From Clostridia bacterium (GTDB lineage: Bacteria > Bacillota > Clostridia > Christensenellales > CAG-917): a stretch of DNA of 64,000 bases. The stretch spans positions 4,042-68,041 of the forward strand of contig JAZLBO010000006.1 of NCBI GenBank assembly GCA_045613765.1, in the 5' to 3' direction. Shown here piece after piece: positions 34,739 to 44,598 of the stretch. Position 1 is the stretch's first letter; each line of letters starts with the position of its first letter. The translations under genes were made by a program, and so were the position numbers. The notes beneath the pieces were generated by a model, which was not told the DNA's origin, did not search any database, and worked only from the letters and a program-made list of their open reading frames with translations.

Positions 34739-36052
34739 TTATTTTTCGTTGAGGCATGCAATACCGGGGAGGACTTTGCCTTCAAGGTATTCAAGTGATG
34801 CGCCACCACCTGTTGAGATGTGGCTCATCTTGTCTGCATAACCAAGTTGTGCAACTGCTGCTGCGCTGTCGCCACCACCGATAATTGTGATTGCGTCTGT
34901 GTCTGCCATTGCCTTTGCAACTGCGTTTGTGCCTGCTGCGAGTGTGGGGTTTTCAAAGACGCCCATAGGTCCGTTCCAGACGACTGTCTTTGCGTTCTTG
35001 ACTGCGTTTGCAAAGAGTTCTTGTGTCTTAGGACCAATGTCAAGACCCATTCTGTCTGCGGGGATTGCATTTGTGGGATAATATTCGATTTCCACGGGTG
35101 CATCAATGGGGTTGGGGAAGTCAACTACTGTTGCTGAATCGATGGGGAGATAGATTTCCTTGCCAAGTTCTTTTGCTTTTGCAAGCATTTCCTTGCAGTA
35201 TTCAATCTTTTCATCATCAACCAATGATGTACCGATTGAACCACCTTGTGCTTTGATGAAGGTGTATGCCATACCACCACCGATAATGAGTGTGTCACAC
35301 TTGTTGAGAAGGTTGTCGATAACGTTGAGTTTGTCTGCAACTTTTGCGCCACCAAGGATTGCTACGAAGGGACGGACGGGTTCTTCAACTGCGCCACCAA
35401 GGAACTTAAGTTCCTTTTCAATAAGGAAACCACTGACTGCTTCCTTTGCAAAGCCGTATTGAACGATACCTGCTGTGGTTGCGTGTGCTCTGTGTGCTGT
35501 GCCAAATGCGTCGTTGACATAGATGTCGCAGAATTCTGCAAGTGCTTTGCAAAGTTCTTCACTGTTCTTTTCTTCGCCTTGGTAGAAACGTGTGTTTTCA
35601 AGAAGGACGATTTCGCCGTCGCCAAGTGCTGCAACTTTTGCTTTTGCATCTTCGCCAACAAGATCTGTTGCAAATGTGACCTTTCCGGGGAAATGATCTG
35701 CAAGTCTGTCTGCAACGGGCTTCAATGTGAACTTTTTGGGGTCGCTCTTGAGAGCCTTTTCAATGTATTCTTGCTTTGCTGCTGCTTGTTCTTCTTGAGG
35801 AAGTGCTTCCACTGCCTTCTTTTCCTTCTTTGTCAAACCAAAGCCGGGTGTGAAAATGTTGTGTGGCTTGCCCATGTGTGAACAAAGGATAACCTTTGCG
35901 CCATTTTCAACCAAGTGCTTGATTGTGGGAAGTGCGCCATTGATACGGTTTTCATCAGTGATGACACCGTCTTTCATAGGAACGTTGAAGTCGCAACGGA
36001 CGAGAACTTTTTTGCCTTTGACATCGATGTCACGGACAGTCATTTTTGCCAT
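34739..36052 (-). CDS. pgk: Phosphoglycerate kinase (with a ~40-aa Lys/Glu-rich insertion near the N-terminus)
   Basis: 437 aa. [42 protein letters not shown]. Confidence 0.95.
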   Translation of the reverse strand: MAKMTVRDIDVKGKKVLVRCDFNVPMKDGVITDENRINGALPTIKHLVENGAKVILCSHMGKPHNIFTPGFGLTKKEKKAVEALPQEEQAAAKQEYIEKALKSDPKKFTLKPVADRLADHFPGKVTFATDLVGEDAKAKVAALGDGEIVLLENTRFYQGEEKNSEELCKALAEFCDIYVNDAFGTAHRAHATTAGIVQYGFAKEAVSGFLIEKELKFLGGAVEEPVRPFVAILGGAKVADKLNVIDNLLNKCDTLIIGGGMAYTFIKAQGGSIGTSLVDDEKIEYCKEMLAKAKELGKEIYLPIDSATVVDFPNPIDAPVEIEYYPTNAIPADRMGLDIGPKTQELFANAVKNAKTVVWNGPMGVFENPTLAAGTNAVAKAMADTDAITIIGGGDSAAAVAQLGYADKMSHISTGGGASLEYLEGKVLPGIACLNEK

Positions 36053-36149
36053 AAATGTATTCTCCTTAAAATAAATATTTCAAAATTTTTGTGGCAAGAG
36101 ATAGTAAACTATGCGTTCATGTACGCATATACACGTGCCACAGATAGAA

Positions 36150-36178
36150 ATTTTAGCACAAATTCCAGAAAATAGCAA
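36150..36178 (-). promoter_or_regulatory. Candidate sigma-A promoter of pgk-tpiA-gpmI
   Basis: Minus strand reads TTGCTA (36173-78), 17 nt, then TGcTAAAAT (hexamer 36150-55). Confidence 0.5.
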
Positions 36179-36191
36179 GAAAAATCTCATT

Positions 36192-36209
36192 TAGACAAAT
36201 ATTTGTCTA
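36192..36209. promoter_or_regulatory. Perfect 18-bp palindrome TAGACAAATATTTGTCTA, candidate operator
   Basis: Lies 14 nt upstream of the candidate -35. An extra half-site TTTAGACAA recurs at 36231-39. Confidence 0.45.
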
Positions 36210-36244
36210 TAACCAACAAAAAACTCGCAAATTTAGACAAGAGC

Positions 36245-36417
36245 AAATTCCCACGATTTATGATCCCAAGCTGCAGACACGCTCACGTCTGGCGCTTGAA
36301 AGTCGCTTTCACATCATGGGCGACAACGAGAATAAAATCGCCGTCCATCGCTCACGGCTTGCGCGTCAGGTCTTTGAAACAATCAAGTGCTTGCGTTAGA
36401 ACCCTTGCCCAATCCAT
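36245..36417 (-). pseudogene. Relic of a histidine-phosphatase (PGM/cobC-like) gene
   Basis: A single minus-strand frame reads MDWARVLTQALDCFKDLTRKP*AMDGDFILVVAHDVKATFKRQT*ACLQLGI, with two in-frame TGA codons (36352-54, 36283-85). It resembles the ..R....L......G..VLVV.HG region of that family. No RBS or extended ORF. Confidence 0.35.
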
Positions 36418-36434
36418 AACACAAATAAAACACC

Positions 36435-36566
36435 GTACACTTATCGTGTTATTATGGGGTTATATTGTACACTTTTCGTGTTTTTATATATTTCAAATAC
36501 GGGTAAATAGGCTTGATTTTGGCAGTTTTGGCGATTTTTGTCCACATTTAATACACTTATCGTGTT
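36435..36566. repeat. Three copies of the 16-nt motif (G/A)TACACTT(A/T)TCGTGTT
   Basis: Copies at 36435-50, 36467-82 and 36551-66. Each contains the ACAC-N5-GTGT inverted half-sites and is followed by a T/A-rich tail. Confidence 0.6.
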
Positions 36567-36652
36567 TTATTACAAAAATGGTGTCTTTTATATTTTGAGT
36601 TGTTTTCTTTGTTTCCAAGAACAAAATTCCGTAAAATTGACATATAATTGAC

Positions 36653-36684
36653 ACAAAAAAAGACAACCCGTCGGTTGTCTTTTG
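36653..36684 (-). terminator. Intrinsic terminator after trmL
   Basis: A8-GACAACC-cgtc-GGTTGTC-TTTT. On the minus strand the stem is followed by a T-run of 7-8. Confidence 0.8.
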
Positions 36685-36744
36685 ATCTTTTTATTTCTGT
36701 GAGCGCGATTTATTGGCTCTTCTTTTTAGTATTTTTGATTAATT

Positions 36745-37233
36745 TCAATATTTTGTGAGGTGTCCTTGTTCAAGAAGGTGACTGCAATCGTTTTGGCGTA
36801 TTGCCTCGTAGACAACTATTGCAACGGAATTGGACAAATTCAAACTTCTTGCATCTGCAATCATAGGAATACGGATTGCATTGTCATAATTATCGTGCAA
36901 AAGTTCTTCGGGAAGTCCTTTTGTTTCCTTGCCAAAAATGAAGTAGTCGCCATCTTTCAAGGGTGCTTGGTCATATCTTTTTGCACCTTTTGTGGTGAGA
37001 TACCACTTGTTGCCGTCCTTATTCTTCTCAAAGAATTCATCAAGGTTTTCATAGACCGTCACGTCAAGAAGATGCCAATAATCAAGCCCTGCACGTTTCA
37101 AGGACTTGTCGTCAATGGCAAAGCCCAAGGGCTTGATGAGATGCAATCTTGCCCCTGTTGCTGCGCAGGTGCGCGCTATATTGCCCGTATTTTGTGGGAT
37201 TTCTGGCTCAACCAGAACTATATTAAATGCCAT
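36745..37233 (-). CDS. trmL: tRNA (cytidine/uridine-2'-O-)-methyltransferase, SpoU/TrmL family
   Basis: 162 aa. NIVLVEPEIPQNTGNIARTCAATGARLHLIKPLGF is the TrmL signature. Confidence 0.9.
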   Translation of the reverse strand: MAFNIVLVEPEIPQNTGNIARTCAATGARLHLIKPLGFAIDDKSLKRAGLDYWHLLDVTVYENLDEFFEKNKDGNKWYLTTKGAKRYDQAPLKDGDYFIFGKETKGLPEELLHDNYDNAIRIPMIADARSLNLSNSVAIVVYEAIRQNDCSHLLEQGHLTKY

Positions 37234-37258
37234 AATAATCCACTATTGTCTTTCGTTT

Positions 37259-37798
37259 TTAGTTGTTTTTGTTGGTTTTGACCCAAAATCTTTTGAGATT
37301 GACTTGTTCATCTGGCTCAAAAACAGTCGATTCGTACACGCCACCGTTGGCACGTATGACCTTTTCACTGCCTATATTGTCATCATTGCAAGTGATAAGC
37401 ACTTTGTCAAGTCCTATACTACTACAAAATGGCAAAACCATTTTGAGCATCTCTGTTCCATATCTTTTTCTTCTTTCGGTGGGGCGAATTGAATAGCCAA
37501 TATGTCCTGCATATTTTTCAAGATACTCATTGAAATAGTGTCTTACTTGAATCATACCAACTATTTTGCTATCACTCTTTCTTACAAACATAAACTGAGT
37601 TGCAATAACTCTTCCTTCAGGCAAGGTTTCTTTCTTCTCATAATTTCTGCACTTTGCTATGTAGTCATAAGGATTTTCCATAACCCTCAATGAGCCTGTG
37701 CCGTCCATTGAACTGCCCATATCAAGCATTTCCTGACGATAATCTGCAATTTGACTTGCATATTCCTCTGAAACTTTTACTAAAATAAATTCTTCCAT
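37259..37798 (-). CDS. GNAT-family N-acetyltransferase
   Basis: The track ORF runs to 37957 and would overlap dus by ~100 nt. I prefer the ATG at 37798 (MEEFILVKVSEEYA...). Acetyl-CoA motif region IRPTERRKRYGTEML. Confidence 0.7.
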   Translation of the reverse strand: MEEFILVKVSEEYASQIADYRQEMLDMGSSMDGTGSLRVMENPYDYIAKCRNYEKKETLPEGRVIATQFMFVRKSDSKIVGMIQVRHYFNEYLEKYAGHIGYSIRPTERRKRYGTEMLKMVLPFCSSIGLDKVLITCNDDNIGSEKVIRANGGVYESTVFEPDEQVNLKRFWVKTNKNN

Positions 37799-37859
37799 AT
37801 CCTTAATTGTACAAAATTGTTTAATATCTTTATCTGTATCTGTGTTTGCAATTATAAAA

Positions 37860-38786
37860 TCAAAGGTATTCGTCAACCAATTTGAGTATGCCGTCAAGGT
37901 CGGTGGCAGTTGCAAGTGCCATACGCACTGCCTTAGTGTTGCCGGTGTTTTTGGCATAGTGGCAGAGGTGTAATTTCATCATATTTGCCACAACTCTGTC
38001 GGGAAGATGTGAGCGTAAAATTTCAATATGTTCAAGAACTGTTTTTTTGTTGTCGTACTCAAATTCTGCGTCTTGAATTTCACTGAAAATATAGGGCTTT
38101 CCAAGTGCGCCACGGGCAATCATAAAGCCGTCTGCGCCACTGATTTCTTTCACTCTTTCAAGGCTATTTTTATCCACTATATCCCCATTGGCAACGACGG
38201 GAATTTTGAGTGCATCTTTGACCATTTTCGTTATGGTGTGATCGGCATATCCTGCATACATTTGCTCCCTAAATCTTGGGTGGACTGCCACCATATCTGC
38301 ACCACCTTTTTCAGCAGAAAGCGCACACTCAACGGCAAGGATTTCTCCCATTTTTACACCTGCACGAATCTTGACTGTGACAGGTCTTTTGCCACCTTCT
38401 TTTGCAGCGCAAACGATCTCGTTGATGAGTGTGGGATTTTCCATCAAGGCACTGCCTTCGCCATTGGAAACAATCTTCCGTACAGGGCAACCCATATTGA
38501 TATCTATAATGTCAAATTTATGTAGTCTTTCATCCTTTGATGCCTTGTAGATATACTCAGGCTCACTGCCAAAAATTTGCACTGCTGTAGGCACACCCGT
38601 GTCCGTTGTATGGAGTAAATCTTCTGTGCCTCTACCACCATAGCAAAGCCCTTTGGCACTGACCATTTCTGTATATAAAAGCCCTGCACCATAGCGTGCA
38701 GAAAGATGCCTTGCCCCTGCGTCAGAAAAGCCTGCAATGGGTGCAAACATAAGATTTGATTTCAGTTCAATGTTGCCAATACGCAT
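37860..38786 (-). CDS. dus: tRNA-dihydrouridine synthase
   Basis: 308 aa. LMFAPIAGFSD, DINMGCP and RPVTVKIR motifs of the Dus family. Confidence 0.9.
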   Translation of the reverse strand: MRIGNIELKSNLMFAPIAGFSDAGARHLSARYGAGLLYTEMVSAKGLCYGGRGTEDLLHTTDTGVPTAVQIFGSEPEYIYKASKDERLHKFDIIDINMGCPVRKIVSNGEGSALMENPTLINEIVCAAKEGGKRPVTVKIRAGVKMGEILAVECALSAEKGGADMVAVHPRFREQMYAGYADHTITKMVKDALKIPVVANGDIVDKNSLERVKEISGADGFMIARGALGKPYIFSEIQDAEFEYDNKKTVLEHIEILRSHLPDRVVANMMKLHLCHYAKNTGNTKAVRMALATATDLDGILKLVDEYL

Positions 38787-38853
38787 TTTATCAACTTGTT
38801 TTGTGTATTTTATCTATCGTTTGTGTAATTTCGCTGAGAATTGACTTTATCAG

Positions 38854-39897
38854 TTATTTGCCCTGTCTTTTGGCTTCGTTCCAAAATTCATCAAGTTCGG
38901 CAAGGGTGAAATCTGTCATTGATTTGCCGTCCTTCGTTGCCATTTGTTCAACCACTTCAAAGCGTCTTACAAACTTTCTTGATGCATCGTGAAGTGCCAT
39001 TTCGTTGTCAACTTTGAAGAAACGGAGAACGTTGCAAACTGCAAAGAGAAGATCCCCTGCTTCTTCGTGTCTATCTTCAGGTTTGGCAGTCAAAAGTTCG
39101 TCAAGTTCTTCCTTGACTTTGTCAACTGCGCCGTCAACGTTATCCCAATCAAAGCCACATTTTTTGGCTATTTTTTGCACCTTTTCTGCATACAAAAGTG
39201 CAGGGAAATTTTTGGGCACTCTGCCCATTGCATCCGTGCTTGACGTATATTTCTTTTCCTTCTTTTTTGCCTCTGCCCAATACATCAAAGCCTCCTCGGG
39301 TGTATCGGCATGGTTTTCTCCAAAAATATGGGTGTGACGGTCAAGGAGTTTTCTGCAAATTCCTGTGATCATATCCGTCCAAGTGAAGTCCTTTTCGTCT
39401 TCTGCAATTTGGGTGTGGAACACTGCTTGCAACATCACGTCGCCACACTCTTCAAGCATCATTTCTCTATCCTTTGCATCTATGCCTTCAAGGAGTTCAT
39501 AAGCCTCCTCAATGAGATTGATACGGATTGAATCATGGGTTTGAATTTTGTCCCACTCACAGCCGTCATCTGCACGAAGTCTTTTCATAATTTCTTCAAG
39601 ATCGCCAAGGTCAAAACGCTTTCTTTCAGTCAAGGTTTTTTCACTGTCCAAGAGCACTTCATCAAAGAGTTCAAGGTCTGTTGCTTTGACATTTTCTTCC
39701 TTTCCGTCGAGTGAAAAAACTACGGACTTTTCACTTCCGTAGGCAGACACAATCTTGTCCTTGACTGACTTGCACATTGACTTGTCCGTCACTTTGACTA
39801 TGCAAGGAATACGTTTGTTGACAAGTATGTAACTGGGGGTGAAATCTTCCCCCATATAGACTTGGTATGAGCCGTTGATTTTGTCATTGAGTGCCAT
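38854..39897 (-). CDS. mazG: MazG-family nucleoside triphosphate pyrophosphohydrolase with a degenerate YabN-like N-terminal region
   Basis: 347 aa. Tandem MazG repeats (CEWDKIQTHDSIRINLIEEAYELLEGID and FPALLYAEKVQKIAKKCGFDW...EEAGDLLFAVCNV). Confidence 0.85.
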   Translation of the reverse strand: MALNDKINGSYQVYMGEDFTPSYILVNKRIPCIVKVTDKSMCKSVKDKIVSAYGSEKSVVFSLDGKEENVKATDLELFDEVLLDSEKTLTERKRFDLGDLEEIMKRLRADDGCEWDKIQTHDSIRINLIEEAYELLEGIDAKDREMMLEECGDVMLQAVFHTQIAEDEKDFTWTDMITGICRKLLDRHTHIFGENHADTPEEALMYWAEAKKKEKKYTSSTDAMGRVPKNFPALLYAEKVQKIAKKCGFDWDNVDGAVDKVKEELDELLTAKPEDRHEEAGDLLFAVCNVLRFFKVDNEMALHDASRKFVRRFEVVEQMATKDGKSMTDFTLAELDEFWNEAKRQGK

Positions 39898-41494
39898 TTG
39901 AATACTCCCAAAACCGAATTATTCGGTGTGCTTTCAACAGGACTTTGCCCATTGGTATTGAATTGTACTCTTGCTTGTCCAAAACTCCAAAGAGTATAGA
40001 CAGAAAGAAGTACATTACATAGCATAACACAAAACCCACCAAAAGCGCAAGTATATCGTGTACGATATAAACCTTTGGCACGATAAGTGCAAGGGCTGTC
40101 ATCAATCCTGAAAACAGAGCCAGTCCAATGGGATTACGGATTGACATTGACGTGAGTTTCAAGAAGTAGGCGTTGACTATCGCAAGAGATACAACTCCCA
40201 TAGACAATAGCGCAACACCTGCCCCAACTATGCCAAGGTATCGCACAAGCACCAACATAAGCAGTGTTTTGACAACAACTGCACCACCAAGACCACCCAC
40301 TGCCCACTTTGTTCTGTCAAGGGCTTGCAAAAGGGATACGTATATCTGCATAACTGACATTATGAGGATATTTGGCGCAGTTATCGTGAGAAGCCGTGAT
40401 GCAATCAACACCGAGTTATAGTCCAAGGACGAGTATAGCACGGATATGATTTCCTTTGAAAACACCATCATAAATACCGAAGATGGTATGCCTATTGTAT
40501 AGGCAAGTTTCAAGGATAGGCGACTTTTGAAAAGTATGCTACTGACATCTCGCTCTGCTCTTGACACCGACACCGATGGCACGATTGCAATGGCAAGGGA
40601 CATTATAAACACCACGGGCATATTGACAAGTGACGTGACGGGGCCGGACAACAATCCGTAGTTGGACGTTGCGCTTGCCGTTGAAAGTCCACCCATTTTC
40701 AACAAGTTGACAACCATAAAACTGTCAAAAAAGTTGGATAGGGGCATAATTATCGCCACGATGGCAATGGGGAAGGCAATACGAAACATCCTTGCCCCTT
40801 CCTTTTTGTCAAATCGCAAGACTTTGTCTTGCACCTTGTGTTTTCGCTGTCTATAAACATAGGTGGCAATGAGATATACAAGTGCCACAATTTCAGACAC
40901 CGTCACTCCAACAAAAGCCCCTGCCACCGACCACATAAGTCCGTATGGTTTCAAGTATATGGCAAGAAACAACCCAAGCCCCAACTTCACTGCTTGCTCT
41001 ATGACGTTTGATACGGCAGTGGGGAGCATATACATTTCTCCTTGAAACCAACCACGAAATCCCGCGATTATCCCAACGAAAAATATTGATGGTGCAACAA
41101 TTTGAAAGCCGAGTGCCACATCTTCGTTTCCTTGCCACTTGGCAAGGGGGCGTGCAAGAGATAATACAAGCACCGTGCTTATGACGGATAATAGTGCAAG
41201 GACGGCTATGCTTGCAAAAAGGTATTTCTTGACACCTTCGCCCACTGCTCGCTTTTCTGCCACAATTCGTGACAGTGCCGTAGGCACTCCTGCACTTGAC
41301 AACACCATAAAAAGAGCAAAGACAGGAAACACAAGTTGATACATACCCATGCCCTCTGCTCCAAGAACGTTGGTCAAGGGTATGCGATATAGTGCACCAA
41401 TGACTTTTGCCACCACCGATCCTGTGGCAAGAACAGATGCACCACTCATCAAACTACCATGCTTTTTGAACTTTGAAATAGACTTTTCCTTCAT
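39884..41494 (-). CDS. MOP-superfamily polysaccharide/lipid II flippase-like protein (SpoVB/YabM-like)
   Basis: 536 aa. SGASVLATGSVVAKVIGALYRIPLTNVLGAEGMGMYQLVFP with a 14-TM-type profile. Position between spoVT and mazG matches B. subtilis yabM. Confidence 0.8.
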   Translation of the reverse strand: MKEKSISKFKKHGSLMSGASVLATGSVVAKVIGALYRIPLTNVLGAEGMGMYQLVFPVFALFMVLSSAGVPTALSRIVAEKRAVGEGVKKYLFASIAVLALLSVISTVLVLSLARPLAKWQGNEDVALGFQIVAPSIFFVGIIAGFRGWFQGEMYMLPTAVSNVIEQAVKLGLGLFLAIYLKPYGLMWSVAGAFVGVTVSEIVALVYLIATYVYRQRKHKVQDKVLRFDKKEGARMFRIAFPIAIVAIIMPLSNFFDSFMVVNLLKMGGLSTASATSNYGLLSGPVTSLVNMPVVFIMSLAIAIVPSVSVSRAERDVSSILFKSRLSLKLAYTIGIPSSVFMMVFSKEIISVLYSSLDYNSVLIASRLLTITAPNILIMSVMQIYVSLLQALDRTKWAVGGLGGAVVVKTLLMLVLVRYLGIVGAGVALLSMGVVSLAIVNAYFLKLTSMSIRNPIGLALFSGLMTALALIVPKVYIVHDILALLVGFVLCYVMYFFLSILFGVLDKQEYNSIPMGKVLLKAHRIIRFWEYSNGTQ

Positions 41495-42015
41495 TGTCCA
41501 ACCACTGCGCCAAGGACTGCCGATGCAAAACGAATATAGCCAAGTTTGTTTTCATCAAGTTGCACTTTTGACACCACGATAACAGTGCCAAGAAGATCCC
41601 CATTGACAAGGACGGGCTCTGCAATCAAATAGCCTTCCTTGACAGGTTGTTCTTCAAAAATAGCACCCATTTCAAGAGCGTCAAGCACAACGGAACTGCG
41701 TGTTGAAATGACCTTGTTCAAGTTGTCGGTTGGAGTGGAATTTCGTGGACTTTTGCCCTTGCCAAAGCAAGAAATAACCCTATCTCCTGCAATGACATAC
41801 ACTTCGCCACCAACGTACTCCCCTATCATATTCACAACGCCATCAGAGGCATAAAGCATCTCATCAAAGGGGGAGTATTTGCGCAATACAAGGTTTTCTC
41901 CTTGGGGCAAAATTTCAAGCTCATCTCCTTCCTTGATACGCAGTGTGCGTCTTAATTCTTTGGGGATTACAATACGTCCCAACTCGTCAATTCGTCTTGT
42001 GATTGTTCCGTTCAT
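41491..42015 (-). CDS. spoVT: AbrB-family stage V sporulation regulator SpoVT
   Basis: I prefer the ATG at 42015 (AGGAGG RBS 8 nt upstream). ITRRIDELGRIVIPKELRRTLRIKEGDELEI swapped-hairpin domain plus a GAF-like C-terminus. Confidence 0.85.
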   Translation of the reverse strand: MNGTITRRIDELGRIVIPKELRRTLRIKEGDELEILPQGENLVLRKYSPFDEMLYASDGVVNMIGEYVGGEVYVIAGDRVISCFGKGKSPRNSTPTDNLNKVISTRSSVVLDALEMGAIFEEQPVKEGYLIAEPVLVNGDLLGTVIVVSKVQLDENKLGYIRFASAVLGAVVGQ

Positions 42016-42112
42016 AGAAAAAACCTCCTGCTTTGTAGTTTGCATTGCAGAAGGTTTATTATTCCAATTTTTTACTATAAAATCCGTTTTCGGTCAGTTG
42101 AAGAATTTTCTA

Positions 42113-42376
42113 TCACTTCTTTTCCACCACCAATTCAAGCACCAATGATGTAAAATCAACATCTTCAACAAAGTCACGAGGGATATATTTGATACGGTTG
42201 AATTTGTCAAAATGCTTGTAGTGTGTAGGAAGACTGACGGGTGTTGAAACATCCATTGTATAGCATATTTCTTGCAAGTCTTTTTTGAAATTTGCAGGGG
42301 TTGACACAAGGGCACTATCGTGGATAATGCTCTTCAAAAGTTTGTCGCCCTTCATAAGTTTTGCCCAGATTTTCAT
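42113..42376 (-). CDS. Small conserved hypothetical protein (87 aa)
   Basis: Clean ORF starting 1 nt after the stop of the upstream gene. No domain recognised. Confidence 0.55.
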   Translation of the reverse strand: MKIWAKLMKGDKLLKSIIHDSALVSTPANFKKDLQEICYTMDVSTPVSLPTHYKHFDKFNRIKYIPRDFVEDVDFTSLVLELVVEKK

Positions 42377-42377
42377 A

Positions 42378-42863
42378 TTAGTATTCTTCTATAATTTCGC
42401 CAAAGAAAAATGAGTGTCTATCGTCTGCTGAATATTGGTCTTTGCCGGTGTACCACTTTGGCACAAGGCTCACGTCCATATCGCCCATAGGCACTATGCC
42501 AACGACCTTACATTCATAGTACTTTTGGCAACCCTTGACAACACAAGTTCCAACAGATTTTGCAGGTTGTTTTTCCATGCCTGTTTCTGCCCACTTGTCA
42601 TAATCTCTGCCACTCTTTGAGCCACAAAAACCAAGTTCCTTTTTGAAAGTGCCTGCCTCGGGGACACTGACTGTAAACTCTCTTGTCTTTTCAATAAGAC
42701 CGTATGTGTGACGGCACTCTCTTATGGGTGCAATGAAAATCTTTTTGCCCCACATGACGCCAACAAAACCCCAACTGCAAACCATAGGATTGTCATCAGC
42801 AGTGACAAAACAGCCGGTGTTGAAAGCGCTATTCATAAAATCCATATCTTTGAATTCGTGCAT
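42378..42863 (-). CDS. Flavin reductase-like (FMN-binding split-barrel) protein
   Basis: I prefer the ATG at 42863 (AGGAG RBS). The pattern FVTADDNPMVCSWGFVGVMWGKKIFIAPIRECRHTYGLIEKTREFTVSVP is typical of this family. Confidence 0.7.
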   Translation of the reverse strand: MHEFKDMDFMNSAFNTGCFVTADDNPMVCSWGFVGVMWGKKIFIAPIRECRHTYGLIEKTREFTVSVPEAGTFKKELGFCGSKSGRDYDKWAETGMEKQPAKSVGTCVVKGCQKYYECKVVGIVPMGDMDVSLVPKWYTGKDQYSADDRHSFFFGEIIEEY

Positions 42864-43090
42864 ACTAACTCCTAAAATCAATATATTTTAATATATGATA
42901 ACACACTTTCACGGGTGTCGGCAATAGCCATTGTAAAAAAAGCCAAGATATGTTCAATTTTGCTCGCATTTTTATATTCAATCGAGTCTATTTCTCAATT
43001 TTTTGCAAGATTTGGCAAGATTTTCAATAGTCGCCGACAACCAGTCGTGCCACCATATATTGTAAAAAATAATTTTATTATTTTACCCCT

Positions 43091-43119
43091 TTGGTTTTTT
43101 TTGAGTTTTGTGCTAAAAT
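43091..43119 (+). promoter_or_regulatory. Candidate sigma-A promoter for the dnaD/dnaI-like operon
   Basis: TTGGTT (43091-96), 17 nt, then TGcTAAAAT (hexamer 43114-19). Confidence 0.4.
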
Positions 43120-43148
43120 TTGTTTCACTTAATTTTGGAGATATAGAT

Positions 43149-44597
43149 ATGGCATTTGTACGATTTTCAAGCGACTTTTTGATGGAAACTTTCACTCTCG
43201 TTGACAACCTTTTTGTCCACGAGCATTTGCCCTATCTTGAAGAAAAACAAATCAAGGTCTATATCTATGGTCTTTATCTTTGTGGTACAAACTGCGACAA
43301 TACTGTGGAAAATCTCTGCACCGTCCTTGACGTCACTGAAGATGAACTCCTTGCAATCTACAAGGAATTTGAAGATCTTGGTCTTGTGAAGATTTTGAAT
43401 ACATTGCCTTTTGAAGTGAAATATCTCTCTTTGAAACGTGGTATGCAACCCCCCAAGAAGTACAAGGCAGAAAAGTGGAACGATTTCAACACTATTCTTC
43501 AATCTCTTTTCCCCGAAAGATTGCTCACACCCAACGAGTACAACGAGTACTACAACTTCATTGAAAGCACCAAGATCCAAGAAGACGTGCTTCTTATGAT
43601 CGTGCAATACTGCATTGATGCAAAGGGCCCTTCCGTGAGATACCCCTACGTCTTTACAGTGGCAAGAAGTTGGATACAAGATGGTGTCCGTACTGTCACT
43701 GACGTTGAAAACAAACTCAACGAGTTTGAATCTCAAAGCGAAGAAATGCGCGAAATTCTCCTTTCTCTTGGCAGAAAGAGTGGCGCAGATATTGAAGAAA
43801 AACAAATGCTTCGCAAGTGGAAACGTAGTTGGGGATTTGAACTTCCTGCCATTTTGACTGCATCAAAATCACTCAAAGGTGGCAAAACTTTCAAAAAGTT
43901 GGATGCAAAACTTGACGAGTTCTTCCGTATGAACATCTTCACTCCCGAAGAAATGAAGGACTACGCTCAATATCGTGAGCATCTCAATGAACTTGCCATT
44001 GCAATCAACAAAACCATTGGCGTATATTACGAATCACTTGAGCACATCATTGAAGTTTACACTATCCCTTGGACAACAAAGGGTTTCAGTGATGATGCAC
44101 TTTTGAAGATTGCACACTACTGCTTTGTCAGTGGCATACGCACCCTTGACGGCATGAACAATGCAGTCAACAAGTTCTACTCACAAGGCTACATAACTGC
44201 AGAAGGCGTTGATGAATTTATCTCTGCCGGCATCAAGCAAGACGGCAAAATCAAAGACATCATTGACAAAGTTCAAAGCAGTCGAAATGTCAGTGGTAAG
44301 GATAGAGAGTTCTATCGCACTTGGACAAGCGTGTGGGGATTTGATGATGAAATCATCCTTTACGCAGCAGAACTTGCAGTGGGCAAGCCCTACCCTATGA
44401 CTTTCATCAACCAACTTCTTTCAGGTTGGAAAAATGCAAACGTTTCAACCATTGATGATGCAAAGAAACTTGGCGTAAAAGTGGCAGAAAACAAGCAACA
44501 AAACCACAAAGAAACCTATATTGAAAGACAATACACTGAAGAAGAAATCCAAGCAATTTTCAGTGATATAGACAACTTTGACAATCTGGAAATTTGA
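43149..44597 (+). CDS. DnaD/DnaB(Firmicute)-family replication initiation / helicase-loading protein
   Basis: The track ORF starts at 42915. I prefer the ATG at 43149 (GGAGA RBS). Three DnaB_2-like repeats (e.g. LLMIVQYCIDAKGPSVRYPYVFTVARSWIQDGVRT; IILYAAELAVGKPYPMTFINQLLSGWKNANV). Confidence 0.75.
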   Translation: MAFVRFSSDFLMETFTLVDNLFVHEHLPYLEEKQIKVYIYGLYLCGTNCDNTVENLCTVLDVTEDELLAIYKEFEDLGLVKILNTLPFEVKYLSLKRGMQPPKKYKAEKWNDFNTILQSLFPERLLTPNEYNEYYNFIESTKIQEDVLLMIVQYCIDAKGPSVRYPYVFTVARSWIQDGVRTVTDVENKLNEFESQSEEMREILLSLGRKSGADIEEKQMLRKWKRSWGFELPAILTASKSLKGGKTFKKLDAKLDEFFRMNIFTPEEMKDYAQYREHLNELAIAINKTIGVYYESLEHIIEVYTIPWTTKGFSDDALLKIAHYCFVSGIRTLDGMNNAVNKFYSQGYITAEGVDEFISAGIKQDGKIKDIIDKVQSSRNVSGKDREFYRTWTSVWGFDDEIILYAAELAVGKPYPMTFINQLLSGWKNANVSTIDDAKKLGVKVAENKQQNHKETYIERQYTEEEIQAIFSDIDNFDNLEI

Positions 44598-44598
44598 T

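Noticed and set aside
36283-36354. In-frame TGA codons as evidence of TGA recoding (code 4/25) or selenocysteine
   Set aside because: TGA is used as a genuine stop elsewhere in the window, e.g. the dnaD-like gene ends at 44595-97 with the next gene starting 2 nt later. The relic has no RBS or full-length frame and I saw no SECIS-like context. Gene decay is the simpler explanation.
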